A DNA stretch of 32,000 nucleotides from Alkalilimnicola ehrlichii MLHE-1 (GTDB lineage Bacteria > Pseudomonadota > Gammaproteobacteria > Nitrococcales > Halorhodospiraceae). A program made the translations under genes and the position numbers. The DNA is taken from positions 930,001 to 962,000 of the forward strand of contig NC_008340.1 in the NCBI RefSeq assembly GCF_000014785.1. The letters are read 5' to 3'. Positions 17,985 through 26,389 of the stretch are shown here, one piece after another. The notes beneath the pieces were generated by a model that worked only from the letters and a program-made list of their open reading frames with translations, was not told where the DNA came from and searched no databases. The first letter of the stretch is position 1. Each line of letters begins with the position of its first letter.

Positions 17985-19874
17985 CTAGGGCATGGGGTAG
18001 CGGAAACGCAGGAAGCGCTGGGCATTGCTCAGGACCTGGAAGGCGTCCTTGAGGTTGTGGCGCTCGGTGTCGGAGAGGTTCTCCGGCTCGATGTAATTGT
18101 CCGGCGGACGATCGTTCTGGATGTCGGCCACCTGATGCCGGATGCGCACCATGGACATGAACTCGAAGGCGTAGCGCAGCTTCTCGCCCACCCCCTTGGG
18201 CAGCAGCGTCGTCTTGCTGATGTCGTCTAACCGATCAAAGGTGTTCTGGGCGGTGGAGCCGCAGGCGAGGGCGTGCACCCGCACCAGGTCCACCATGGGG
18301 GCCGTACCCCGTCCCTTGAGATTGATGATGTTGTTCTGTTTGCCGTCCTTCTCCATCACGAAATCGCGCCAGAAGCCCAGCGGCGGCGTGCGGTTGAGGG
18401 CGTTACGGGCGAGGGCGGCGAGAAAGCGACTATGGCGCGGTGCAAGATTGGCGGCGAGGTCCTGCAGCTGCTCGACGAACACCTCCTCGCCATAGCAGCT
18501 CTCCAGATCGAAGAAGATCGAGCTGTGCAGCAGCCGCTCCGGCGTGGGCTGCAGGATCCAGTCGCGAAAGTACTCCTTCCACACTCGCAGCGGCTGGCGC
18601 CACTGGGGGTTGGTGGCCATGATGCCGCCCTTGCAATAGGTATAGCCCAGCTCCGCCAAACCGTCGGAGACCTGTTTGGCCAGCTCGGCGAAGTAGTCGT
18701 CGTGTTGCTCCGGGTCGAATCGGTCGTCCAGGATCAGCGCGTTGTCCTGGTCGGTGACGATGGTCTGCTCGTGCCGGGCCATGGAGCCCAGGACCATAAA
18801 GCAGTAGGGCACCGGCGGCGGACCCAGGGCCTCCTCGGCCAGCTCCAGCAGGCGGCGGGTGAAGCTGCGGCCGATGGTGGACTGGGCGCTGCCAATCATC
18901 TGTGAGTTGGCGCCCTCACGTTCCATGCCGACGAAGGTGTCGCGGGCGTCGCGGCGCAGGCGGATCAGGTGCTTGACGCTGCGCGCCCGGTAGATGCTGT
19001 CCACCAGGTAGAGGCTGCTGTGGGTCTCGTGGCGGAGGATGTCCGACAGGTGCAGCAGGCCGACCGGCCGGCGGCGGTGGAGCACCGGTAGGTGGTGGAT
19101 GTTATTGCGCAGCATGCTCAGGGTGGCTTCCTGCACGGTCTCATCCGACTGGATGGTGATCAGGTCACGGCTGGCCACCTCGCCCACCGGCGTCTCCGGC
19201 GGCAGCCCCTCCGCCACCACCCGGTTGCGAAAGTCGCTGTCGGTGACCAGGCCCACCAGCCGCCGTCGCTCCCCGCCACGCTCCACGGTCAACTGCTCCG
19301 GGTCATCGTCGGGCGCTCCCAGGACAAGCACCGAGGGGTTCTGGCTGTCTCGTATGAGCCGGGCCGCCTCCTGCACCGGGGTGGACTCATTCAGCATCAG
19401 CGGGCTGCGGGTAATCAGCTTGCGTACCCGGGTGGTGAGGCTGGCGTGATCGAACGTCTTCTCGACCGTGGTCTCAAGCCGCGGTTTCTCCAGTTCCACG
19501 AAATCGGCAAACTGTTCGTCCGCCTCGCACAGACGGTCGAAGGTGGTGCGCGGGATGTAATAGATCAGGGTGTCTTCGATGGCCTTGGCCGGAAAGCGTA
19601 CCCGTTGGTTTCGCAGCAGGGCGAAATGGCCGAAGATATCCCCCTCGCTCAGGCGGTCGTAGAGGGTGCCGTTACGGCGGTAGATATCCACCGCCCCGCT
19701 GCGGATGTAGTGCAGGTCGTTGATCTCCTGGTCCAGCTTGAGGATATCGGTGCCGGACTTGAAGTAGGCCACCTCCACCGTATCCGCCACCGCGTCGAGC
19801 AGCTCGTCCGACAGGGCATCGAAGGGGGGAAAGCGGGCCAGGTGCTGTCTGACTTCCAGCGATTCGATATCCAT
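17985..19874 (-). CDS. Cyclic-nucleotide-binding / CBS-pair / DUF294-type nucleotidyltransferase protein
   Basis: 629 aa. N-terminal cNMP-binding fold (YFKSGTDILKLDQEINDLHYIRSGAVDIY...GDIFGHFALL), then two CBS repeats. A GlnD-like NTase core follows (FMVLGSMARHEQTIVTDQDNALI), then a C-terminal DUF294_C-like helical region. Same strand as, and immediately upstream of, the exonuclease gene. Confidence 0.85.
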   Translation of the reverse strand: MDIESLEVRQHLARFPPFDALSDELLDAVADTVEVAYFKSGTDILKLDQEINDLHYIRSGAVDIYRRNGTLYDRLSEGDIFGHFALLRNQRVRFPAKAIEDTLIYYIPRTTFDRLCEADEQFADFVELEKPRLETTVEKTFDHASLTTRVRKLITRSPLMLNESTPVQEAARLIRDSQNPSVLVLGAPDDDPEQLTVERGGERRRLVGLVTDSDFRNRVVAEGLPPETPVGEVASRDLITIQSDETVQEATLSMLRNNIHHLPVLHRRRPVGLLHLSDILRHETHSSLYLVDSIYRARSVKHLIRLRRDARDTFVGMEREGANSQMIGSAQSTIGRSFTRRLLELAEEALGPPPVPYCFMVLGSMARHEQTIVTDQDNALILDDRFDPEQHDDYFAELAKQVSDGLAELGYTYCKGGIMATNPQWRQPLRVWKEYFRDWILQPTPERLLHSSIFFDLESCYGEEVFVEQLQDLAANLAPRHSRFLAALARNALNRTPPLGFWRDFVMEKDGKQNNIINLKGRGTAPMVDLVRVHALACGSTAQNTFDRLDDISKTTLLPKGVGEKLRYAFEFMSMVRIRHQVADIQNDRPPDNYIEPENLSDTERHNLKDAFQVLSNAQRFLRFRYPMP

Positions 19875-20084
19875 ACGCCGCCTGCCTCACCCGCGGAAAT
19901 CGGTAAGGAATCCAGTTTGCAGTGGTGCCAGGGAGACTGTAAAGCGCCGTGCGCCGGCGTGCAGCGATCCGGGCAACGCAATCAGGATGCGGATCTGCTG
20001 CCGGTGACGGAGGCGGTTGTGTCGACAGCTCAACGCTCATCCCAATGCGTCAGCAGGAAGGGGAGATGCCGGGCGGTCGATGCC

Positions 20085-20114
20085 TTGACAAGCCAAAAGG
20101 CACCCCCCTAGGCT
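20085..20114 (+). promoter_or_regulatory. Candidate sigma70 promoter of the vgrG operon
   Basis: Consensus TTGACA (20085-20090), 18-nt spacer, TAGGCT (20109-20114). It lies about 35 nt upstream of the vgrG ATG. The -10 is weak, so this is tentative. Confidence 0.3.
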
Positions 20115-20149
20115 AATCGACTACGGATTCCCATGCCAACGGACTGGCC

Positions 20150-22243
20150 ATGCCTACGGACAACGGACTGTACCTCGCCCTCTCGCGCCCCGGCGTGGCG
20201 GAGGCCGACCTGCCCCGGGTCACCGGGTTCACCCTGGATGAGCACCTCTCCCGGCCCTTCACCCTGACCCTGGACCTGGTCCACCCCTCACCCGATCTCG
20301 CCCCCGACGACTGGCTTGAGCAGGGCCTGGCCCTGGTGATCCATCAGGCCGGCCGCGTCACCCGCCGGGTCCACGGCGTGGTCACCGAGTTCCAGCGCGG
20401 CCGCACCGGCGCCCGGCGCACCGCCTACCAGCTGGTCGTCCGCCCCGCCCTCTGGCGGCTCTCCCTGCGCCGAAACTGCCGCATCTTCCAGCACGCCTGC
20501 CTGCTGGATGTCCTCCACACCCTGCTTTCGGAACATGGCATCACCGACGCCGCCTTCGCCGTCCGCCACCGCCCCGAGACCCGCGAGTACCTGGTGCAGT
20601 ACCGGGAGAGCGACCTGGCCTTTGTCCAGCGGCTTGCCGCCGAGTTGGGCATCGTCTACTTCCACGAGTTCGACGACACCCCCGAGGGCGGCCACCGCCC
20701 GGTGTTCACCGATACCCATCGGGGGTTGGGGCATGCGGGCGAATGGGTCTACCGCCCCCGCGCCGGCGGCGTAGCCGAGGCCCGCCATGTGCACACCCTG
20801 CGCGAGGCCCACCGGGTGCGCGCGCAGCGCGCCACCCTGGAGGATCGCCATTTCCGCACCCCCCGGCGGCGGCTGATCCACGCCCATGAGGCGGAGGGGG
20901 CCGAGTCGGGCGCCACCCCCTACGAGCACTACGACCACCCCGGCCGGTTTAAGAGCGAGGCCAGCGGCCGGGCCTTCACCCGGGTCCGGCTCGGCCAGTT
21001 GCGTGCCGACGCCCACACCGCCGAGGCCGAGAGCGATATCGCCGAGCTGCGCCCCGGCGTGCGCTTCACCCTGGATGGCCACGACGCCGGCGAACGGCGC
21101 CGGGACTGGCAGGTGGTCGGCGCCCGCCACACCGCCCGCCAGCCCGCCGCGCTGGAAGAGGACGCGATCCTGCTGGCCGCCGAGGGGCAGGGCGAGAACG
21201 AGGCAGGCGTGGCCCGGCTGAACAACCGGCTCACCCTCGTGCCCGCCGACACCGACTGGCGCCCGCCCCACGACCCGGACGCCGGCCCGCGCATGGAGGG
21301 CCCGCAGATCGCCCGGGTGGTGGGCCCCGAGGGGGAGGCGATCCACTGCGATGAGCACGGCCGGGTCAAGGTCCGTTTCCCCTGGGACCGCTACGCCGCC
21401 GATGACGAGCACGCCAGCGCCTGGCTGCGCGTCGCCCAGCCCTGGGCCGGGCCCGGCTACGGCGGGCTGTTCCTGCCCCGGGTGGGCCATGCGGTGATCG
21501 TCGACTTCATGGCCGGCGATCCGGATCAGCCGGTGATCACCGGCCGGGTCTACGATGGCCACAACACCCCGCCCTATCCGCTGCCCGAGCACAAGACCCG
21601 CAGCGTGCTGCGCAGCCGCAGCCAGGACGGTGAGGGCTACAACGAACTGCACTTCGAGGATGCCCGCGAGGCCGAGCGCATCCACCTGCACGCCCAGCGC
21701 GATCTCGACCTGCACACCCGCAACGACCGCTCCGAGACCATCGGCCGGCACAGCCACCTGGGCGTCCACGGCGACCGGCTCGCGGAGATCCACGGCGACG
21801 AGCACCTCACCGTGCAGGGCGAGCGGCGCGAGCGCACCGGTGGGGATCAGCATCTCAGCGTGGAGGGCACCCTGCATCTCAAAGCCGGTGAGGCCTGGCT
21901 AAGCGAATGCGGCCGGGAACTGCACGTCAAGTCGGGGCACAAGGCGGTCATCGACGCCGGCGCCGAGATCACCCTCCAGGCGGGCGGCAGTTTCATCAAG
22001 GTCGATCCCTCGGGCATCACCCTCAGCGGCCCCGGCATCCGCATGAACTCCGGTGGTCGCCCGGGCTCGGGATCGGGCCAACGCACGGCAACGCCCCTGT
22101 TGCCCGGGCGGGTCATGGCGGCGGAGGCCGATGGCTCCGCTAAGCCGGGACCTTCGGCGGTGCTCAAGCAGAGGTTCCTCCTGCACCAGGCCGCCCAGTC
22201 CGGGGCGGGCCTGTGCGAGGTATGTAGCGGCAAGGGAGAATAG
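20150..22243 (+). CDS. vgrG: Type VI secretion spike protein VgrG
   Basis: 697 aa. gp27-like N-terminal region (FTLDEHLSRPFTLTLDLV, YLVQYRESDLAFVQRLAAELGIVYF). gp5 OB-fold region (IARVVGPEGEAIHCDEHGRVKVRFPWDR...AWLRVAQPWAGPGYGGLFLPRVGHAVIVDFMAGDPDQPVITGRVY). Beta-helix repeats and GSFIKVDPSGITLSGPGIRMNSGG near the C-terminus. Confidence 0.93.
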   Translation: MPTDNGLYLALSRPGVAEADLPRVTGFTLDEHLSRPFTLTLDLVHPSPDLAPDDWLEQGLALVIHQAGRVTRRVHGVVTEFQRGRTGARRTAYQLVVRPALWRLSLRRNCRIFQHACLLDVLHTLLSEHGITDAAFAVRHRPETREYLVQYRESDLAFVQRLAAELGIVYFHEFDDTPEGGHRPVFTDTHRGLGHAGEWVYRPRAGGVAEARHVHTLREAHRVRAQRATLEDRHFRTPRRRLIHAHEAEGAESGATPYEHYDHPGRFKSEASGRAFTRVRLGQLRADAHTAEAESDIAELRPGVRFTLDGHDAGERRRDWQVVGARHTARQPAALEEDAILLAAEGQGENEAGVARLNNRLTLVPADTDWRPPHDPDAGPRMEGPQIARVVGPEGEAIHCDEHGRVKVRFPWDRYAADDEHASAWLRVAQPWAGPGYGGLFLPRVGHAVIVDFMAGDPDQPVITGRVYDGHNTPPYPLPEHKTRSVLRSRSQDGEGYNELHFEDAREAERIHLHAQRDLDLHTRNDRSETIGRHSHLGVHGDRLAEIHGDEHLTVQGERRERTGGDQHLSVEGTLHLKAGEAWLSECGRELHVKSGHKAVIDAGAEITLQAGGSFIKVDPSGITLSGPGIRMNSGGRPGSGSGQRTATPLLPGRVMAAEADGSAKPGPSAVLKQRFLLHQAAQSGAGLCEVCSGKGE

Positions 22244-22245
22244 CC

Positions 22246-22767
22246 ATGGATCACGGCGCATGGATGATGATCGATGGGGCGATCAACCCCGGGGCATTGC
22301 CCGCCATCTTCAGAGACGACGCCGGCGGCAGCGGCGCGATGGCCGTCCTGCATGGGACGGACTACGCGGCGATCGCCGACTCTGGGCCTTTGCTCGTGCG
22401 CGCAGGAGCGGGCAGCCACCTGATGGCGCAGTGGCGTGCAAACGAGCTGCCCGCACGCCACGCCTGGGTCTTTCAGAGTGACCGATCGGACGAGGAGGTT
22501 GCGGCCTTCTGGCGGCGTCGGCTGTTTTTCCTGGCGCCGGACGGGCGGCGATTCTGGTTCCGGTTCGCCGATGCCCGGGTCATGAGCAGAGCGCATGGGG
22601 ACAGGGCGCTCCCTGAAGGGTTCTGGCAGGGTCTTTCCGGCGTGCGTTTCCACCCACGACAAGCCGTCTGGTCCCCCGTGGACGAGGCGCGGGAGGGTGC
22701 GGACACCGGTGAATTCGTCATCAGCGAGGGGCAAGCGCAACGTATTGCCGGAGGGGCGGCGTCATGA
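22246..22767 (+). CDS. DUF4123-family T6SS effector adaptor/chaperone (Tap/Tec/VasW-like)
   Basis: 173 aa, starting 2 nt after the vgrG stop. DUF4123-like features are MIDGAINPGALPAIF, GPLLVRA and RFWFRFADARV (the family FR-[FY]-x-D-x-R-V motif). It is short for the family. Its stop overlaps the effector start (ATGA, 22764-22767). Confidence 0.75.
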   Translation: MDHGAWMMIDGAINPGALPAIFRDDAGGSGAMAVLHGTDYAAIADSGPLLVRAGAGSHLMAQWRANELPARHAWVFQSDRSDEEVAAFWRRRLFFLAPDGRRFWFRFADARVMSRAHGDRALPEGFWQGLSGVRFHPRQAVWSPVDEAREGADTGEFVISEGQAQRIAGGAAS

Positions 22768-25370
22768 CCATCGCCCAGTGCCCCTTGCTCGCCGCCATCG
22801 TCCCCGTCCGGTACGCCATCGGGGTCAACGGGGTGTCCAGCCCCTTCCTGGAGGACTTCGACCTGCCACCGTTGCAAGGCCGGCCGGTCACCGAGAGCCA
22901 GGGGTCTCCGGACGAGGCGGCTCCGCTGCGTTACGTCGCCCGGCCCCTTCGCAATGGCTGGTGTTACGTCTGGTTAGACAGCCAGCAACGGCTGGTCGAA
23001 TACCGGGTGCGCGGCAGCGCGCTGGAGGAGACCGATCGGGCCGGCGCCCCCATCGGGCCCACCGCCAGGGTCTGCATCTACGTACCGGCGGGCGAGACGG
23101 CCGCCATCGCCTGGTCCCCGGTGCGCTGGAGCGATGAGCAGTTCACCGCCATCGGGCGAGACGACGGCAGGCGCCGGGCCGTGATGCGCGAATTCGTGCC
23201 CGGCCAGGGGCCAGCCAGCAGCGCCGATGCCTGGTCGAACGAGATCCCTGAACTCGGCGAGTTTGACGAAAGGGACTTCCACTGGAGTATCGAGCAGCCC
23301 GCCACCCTGCCCGTATGGGAGGACATCAAGCGTGCGGTGGACGATGCCGAGCAGCACGCCACCGTGCTGGTGGACGACCCCTGGGGGGTGGTCATCGAAC
23401 TGGCCCACCTGGTGCGCCAGGGCCAGGCGCAGCGCGCCGACTGGCTCGCCAACGAAGGCGAGGAACGCATTCTGGCCGAGAACATCCTGGCCCTGGACCG
23501 TCAGGGCGAGGGCTTTCGCGGGCGACTCCCGCGGCTGGCCGACCGCGACCGCCTCGAGCAGGCCATTCACCACCATGGGCGGGAAATTAGGGCCATCGAG
23601 GAGAACCTCGATACCCTGGCCGCCGACTGGGCGCGCTGGATGGGCACCCTCTGGGGGGGCGAAGGCCCCGAGTCCATGGCCTCCGCCCAGAGCCACTTCG
23701 ACCCCTCGCTTGACGAACACCACGAGGCGATGGAAACCCTCTGGAGCGCGGCCCTGGGCGGTGTCACCCAATACGAAACCGGTGCCACCCTGGCCACCAA
23801 CCTGCTGGATCCCGATACCGGCCCCCCGGTCATGCCCGGCGGCCACTCCCTGTGGACGGCACTGTTGGGGCGGTTAGAACCGGTGCAACTGGCCGATGTC
23901 CAGCGCCTGGTCGGGGTCAGCGAGTCCCTGCAGGCCCAGGACTGGGAAACCTGGGCCCACAGCCTCAACCACCTGGCCGGACAGCTGGGCCACGGCCTGG
24001 CCACGGCCCGCGAGGGGCTGTTCCTCGTGCTCGCCACCACCATTGGGCCCATTCTCCGGGAACAGGGCGCCACCTCCGCCCACCGGACCCTGATCGCCGG
24101 CTATCTCGCCGCCGCGCTGGCGCGCAGCCGGCAGCGCCTGAAAGTGGAGTCGGTCGCCGCGCGCGCCCTGTTGGACTGGATGAACGAACCCAGCGCCCGC
24201 GCCGCCGGCGCCCCGTCGCCCCTGTACCAGATGCGCCCCGACCTGCTGCCCGAGCTCGACGCCCGGCAGGTCATCACCATCCGCGTGGTCGCGGAGGGCG
24301 CTTCTTCCGCCGAGGGCAACCCCTTCCTGCAGCGCGCCCTGCAGGAGGCCCCGCTGAAAAGCCTGCTGGTGCTGATGAATGGGTTGGTGGTGGTTCATGC
24401 GGGCAGCCAATTGGCCGCCGGTGATCGTTCCGTACAGACCGCAACAGCGGCGGCTGGGGGCGTATCCGGCACCATCAGCGCCACCGCCGCCACCATTCAG
24501 CACTTCGCGCAGATCCGCTCCGACGACATCCTTGCCCGCCAGGGCCTGTCCGCCGGCTGGCGGGGCGCCTTCGACCGCTACCTCCTCTGGGGTCAGGCCA
24601 CCAACCTGACTCTGTCGATCACTGCGGTCTTCGACGCCGTCTACTTCGGCTACGGCGCCTGGGAGAGCGTCCGCCAGGGGGATCGCCGATCGGGCACCAT
24701 CCAGGCCGGCATGGCCACGGCCGCCGCCGGCCAGACCGCCGCCGGCGCCCACGCCTTCCACACCTACCGCCAGGCCCGGCAAGCCCTGCTCGTGGGCCGG
24801 TCCACCCAGGCCGCGCGCACCGCCGCCCGGGCCCGGATCGCACCGGCCGTGATCCTCGCCCTGACGCTGGTCATCGTCGCCGGCGCGGTCAGCCTGCGCT
24901 TCACCCGCGACAACGAACTGGAACACTGGCTGCGCCGTACCCGCTTCGGCACCCACCCGGCCGACTGGGCCGGCGACCTGGACGAGGAACTCGGCCACCT
25001 CTACCGGCTGCTCTACCAGCCACGCATCCGGCTGGAGGCCCGCCAGGCCCGTAACCCCCGCTCCGGCGATGTCTACCACTACCGTGTCCTGCTGGTCACC
25101 TTCCCCGGCGCCACGCCCTTCCCGGGCATGTTCACCCTGGAGGCCACCGAGCGCTGGCGCACCGGGCTGGTCCGGCATGACGAACGCAGCCGGACCATCA
25201 CCGAAAAGGATCTCGACCTCGACATCGGCGGGGCGGAGGCGCCCGACGGCCCCGTCTACCGACTCATCTACCACAACACCCGGGAAGGCGACCGGCTGAG
25301 CTCCCTTTCCGGCACCCTGTACTATCGCCCGTTCCCCGATCTCACCCTGCCTCCCATCCGGATCAACTAG
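22764..25370 (+). CDS. VasX-like (BTH_I2691-family-like) membrane-active T6SS effector
   Basis: 868 aa. The N-terminus CPLLAAIVPVRYAIG plus GWCYVWLDSQQRLVEYRV matches my recollection of the VasX N-terminal loading domain. A cluster of hydrophobic/Gly-Ala helices at residues ~530-712 (LKSLLVLMNGLVVVHAG; LWGQATNLTLSITAVFDAVYFGYGAW; IAPAVILALTLVIVAGAVSL) suggests a pore-forming toxin. Its position after vgrG and DUF4123 mirrors V. cholerae vgrG2-vasW-vasX. Confidence 0.7.
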   Translation: MTIAQCPLLAAIVPVRYAIGVNGVSSPFLEDFDLPPLQGRPVTESQGSPDEAAPLRYVARPLRNGWCYVWLDSQQRLVEYRVRGSALEETDRAGAPIGPTARVCIYVPAGETAAIAWSPVRWSDEQFTAIGRDDGRRRAVMREFVPGQGPASSADAWSNEIPELGEFDERDFHWSIEQPATLPVWEDIKRAVDDAEQHATVLVDDPWGVVIELAHLVRQGQAQRADWLANEGEERILAENILALDRQGEGFRGRLPRLADRDRLEQAIHHHGREIRAIEENLDTLAADWARWMGTLWGGEGPESMASAQSHFDPSLDEHHEAMETLWSAALGGVTQYETGATLATNLLDPDTGPPVMPGGHSLWTALLGRLEPVQLADVQRLVGVSESLQAQDWETWAHSLNHLAGQLGHGLATAREGLFLVLATTIGPILREQGATSAHRTLIAGYLAAALARSRQRLKVESVAARALLDWMNEPSARAAGAPSPLYQMRPDLLPELDARQVITIRVVAEGASSAEGNPFLQRALQEAPLKSLLVLMNGLVVVHAGSQLAAGDRSVQTATAAAGGVSGTISATAATIQHFAQIRSDDILARQGLSAGWRGAFDRYLLWGQATNLTLSITAVFDAVYFGYGAWESVRQGDRRSGTIQAGMATAAAGQTAAGAHAFHTYRQARQALLVGRSTQAARTAARARIAPAVILALTLVIVAGAVSLRFTRDNELEHWLRRTRFGTHPADWAGDLDEELGHLYRLLYQPRIRLEARQARNPRSGDVYHYRVLLVTFPGATPFPGMFTLEATERWRTGLVRHDERSRTITEKDLDLDIGGAEAPDGPVYRLIYHNTREGDRLSSLSGTLYYRPFPDLTLPPIRIN

Positions 25371-25372
25371 CC

Positions 25373-26389
25373 ATGCAGCACCTACGCCGGTTCTTCGCCG
25401 ATCTCTCCCGCAATATCGGGCTGGCCGACGAGGTCATCACCCTGCGCCCCGACCGGCGCGCCGCCGCTCAGCCCATGCAGGCCGGCGATGTCCAGGACCA
25501 GACCGAGCACTACCTCGACCTTTCCACCGGCAGCTCAAGGGGCCTGTGGACCGGCATGTGGGGATTGATCTCGCTTTTGATGTTCTTACTGATGTTACCG
25601 ATTCTCTTTCAGGACTGGGAGGGGGTGGTCTTTGTTTTCAAGTTCATCGGTGCCATGGCCGGCGTCACCCTCTTCTTCTTCCTGCTCGAGGTTTTCTGGC
25701 CCGCGGCCCTGCCCCTGCGCTTCAATCGCCGCACCCGCGAGGTCTACTTCCAGGACGGCAAAAAGCTCTACCACACCCCCTGGGACGAGGCCGTCGCGTG
25801 GCTGCAGGAAACCCGCCAGGTCACCCACCATGCCGGCGTCAACCGGCTCACCCCGCTGCAGATCCTCCTCCAGCGCTTCCAGCAGCCCGACGAGGTCATC
25901 GCCGTCAACCTCAACCTCCCCATGGGCCACACCGCCCAAACCCAGGCCATGCTCTGGGAGTACCTGCGCTGTTACATGGAAAACGGCCCCTGGTTCGACG
26001 AGCAGGGCCGAAACACCCCCGAATCCACCCGCCAGGCGGTGCGCAAGCGCTTCGCCCAGCGCAATCGCACGGGCAAGATCGACATCGAACTCCACCGCGA
26101 GTTCGTCAACATGGGCGTCATGACCCGGGATGAAAAGTGGTTCACCAATGCCTTCCAGGCCGTCATGCTGCCCGCCCTCGTCCTGCGTGACTTTGTCTGG
26201 CAGCTCGCCCAGCGCCGGGCCGCACGCAGCCAGTGGCACCCCCTCGTGCGCGAACGCTGCCGCGCCGACGGCCCCACCTCCCGACTTTACGACATTGAGC
26301 GCGACCAGGGCCTGCACCCCGACGCCTCGCAAACCCTCCATCCCCACACCCAGCGTCGCTCTTCTCCGCACGAACCATCGAAGGCCTGA
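25373..26389 (+). CDS. Two-TM membrane protein, putative cognate immunity protein
   Basis: 338 aa, with the ATG 2 nt after the effector stop. Two adjacent TM helices (GLWTGMWGLISLLMFLLMLPILF; FIGAMAGVTLFFFLLEVFWPAAL) precede a soluble domain. The immunity role is inferred from position only. I recognise no named family. Confidence 0.55.
   Translation: MQHLRRFFADLSRNIGLADEVITLRPDRRAAAQPMQAGDVQDQTEHYLDLSTGSSRGLWTGMWGLISLLMFLLMLPILFQDWEGVVFVFKFIGAMAGVTLFFFLLEVFWPAALPLRFNRRTREVYFQDGKKLYHTPWDEAVAWLQETRQVTHHAGVNRLTPLQILLQRFQQPDEVIAVNLNLPMGHTAQTQAMLWEYLRCYMENGPWFDEQGRNTPESTRQAVRKRFAQRNRTGKIDIELHREFVNMGVMTRDEKWFTNAFQAVMLPALVLRDFVWQLAQRRAARSQWHPLVRERCRADGPTSRLYDIERDQGLHPDASQTLHPHTQRRSSPHEPSKA

Noticed and set aside
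19915-19930. TGGCAC on the minus strand as a sigma54 -24 element (T6SS genes are sigma54-dependent in some species)
   Set aside because: The minus strand reads TGGCACCACTGCA. The GC of the putative -12 element is about 3 nt too close to the GG, the TTGC context is missing, and it would point towards the DUF294 gene rather than vgrG.
20111-20121. Possible island-flanking direct repeat: GGCTAATCGAC (20111-20121) versus GGCTGAATCGAC (30755-30766)
   Set aside because: This is an 11-12 nt match with an indel. It is too short to distinguish from chance in 32 kb without statistics, and no integrase or tRNA target is associated with it. It is worth re-checking only if comparative genomics places the island boundaries there.
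20288-21877. 529-aa ORF on the - strand
   Set aside because: It is antisense to vgrG, which has unambiguous gp27/gp5 signatures. The product is a Gly/Ala/Val/Pro-rich low-complexity sequence.
23874-25274. 466-aa ORF on the - strand, and the 290-aa ORF at 22974-23846
   Set aside because: Both are antisense to the VasX-like effector. They are low-complexity and have no start context. Operon packing of the + strand genes supports + strand coding.
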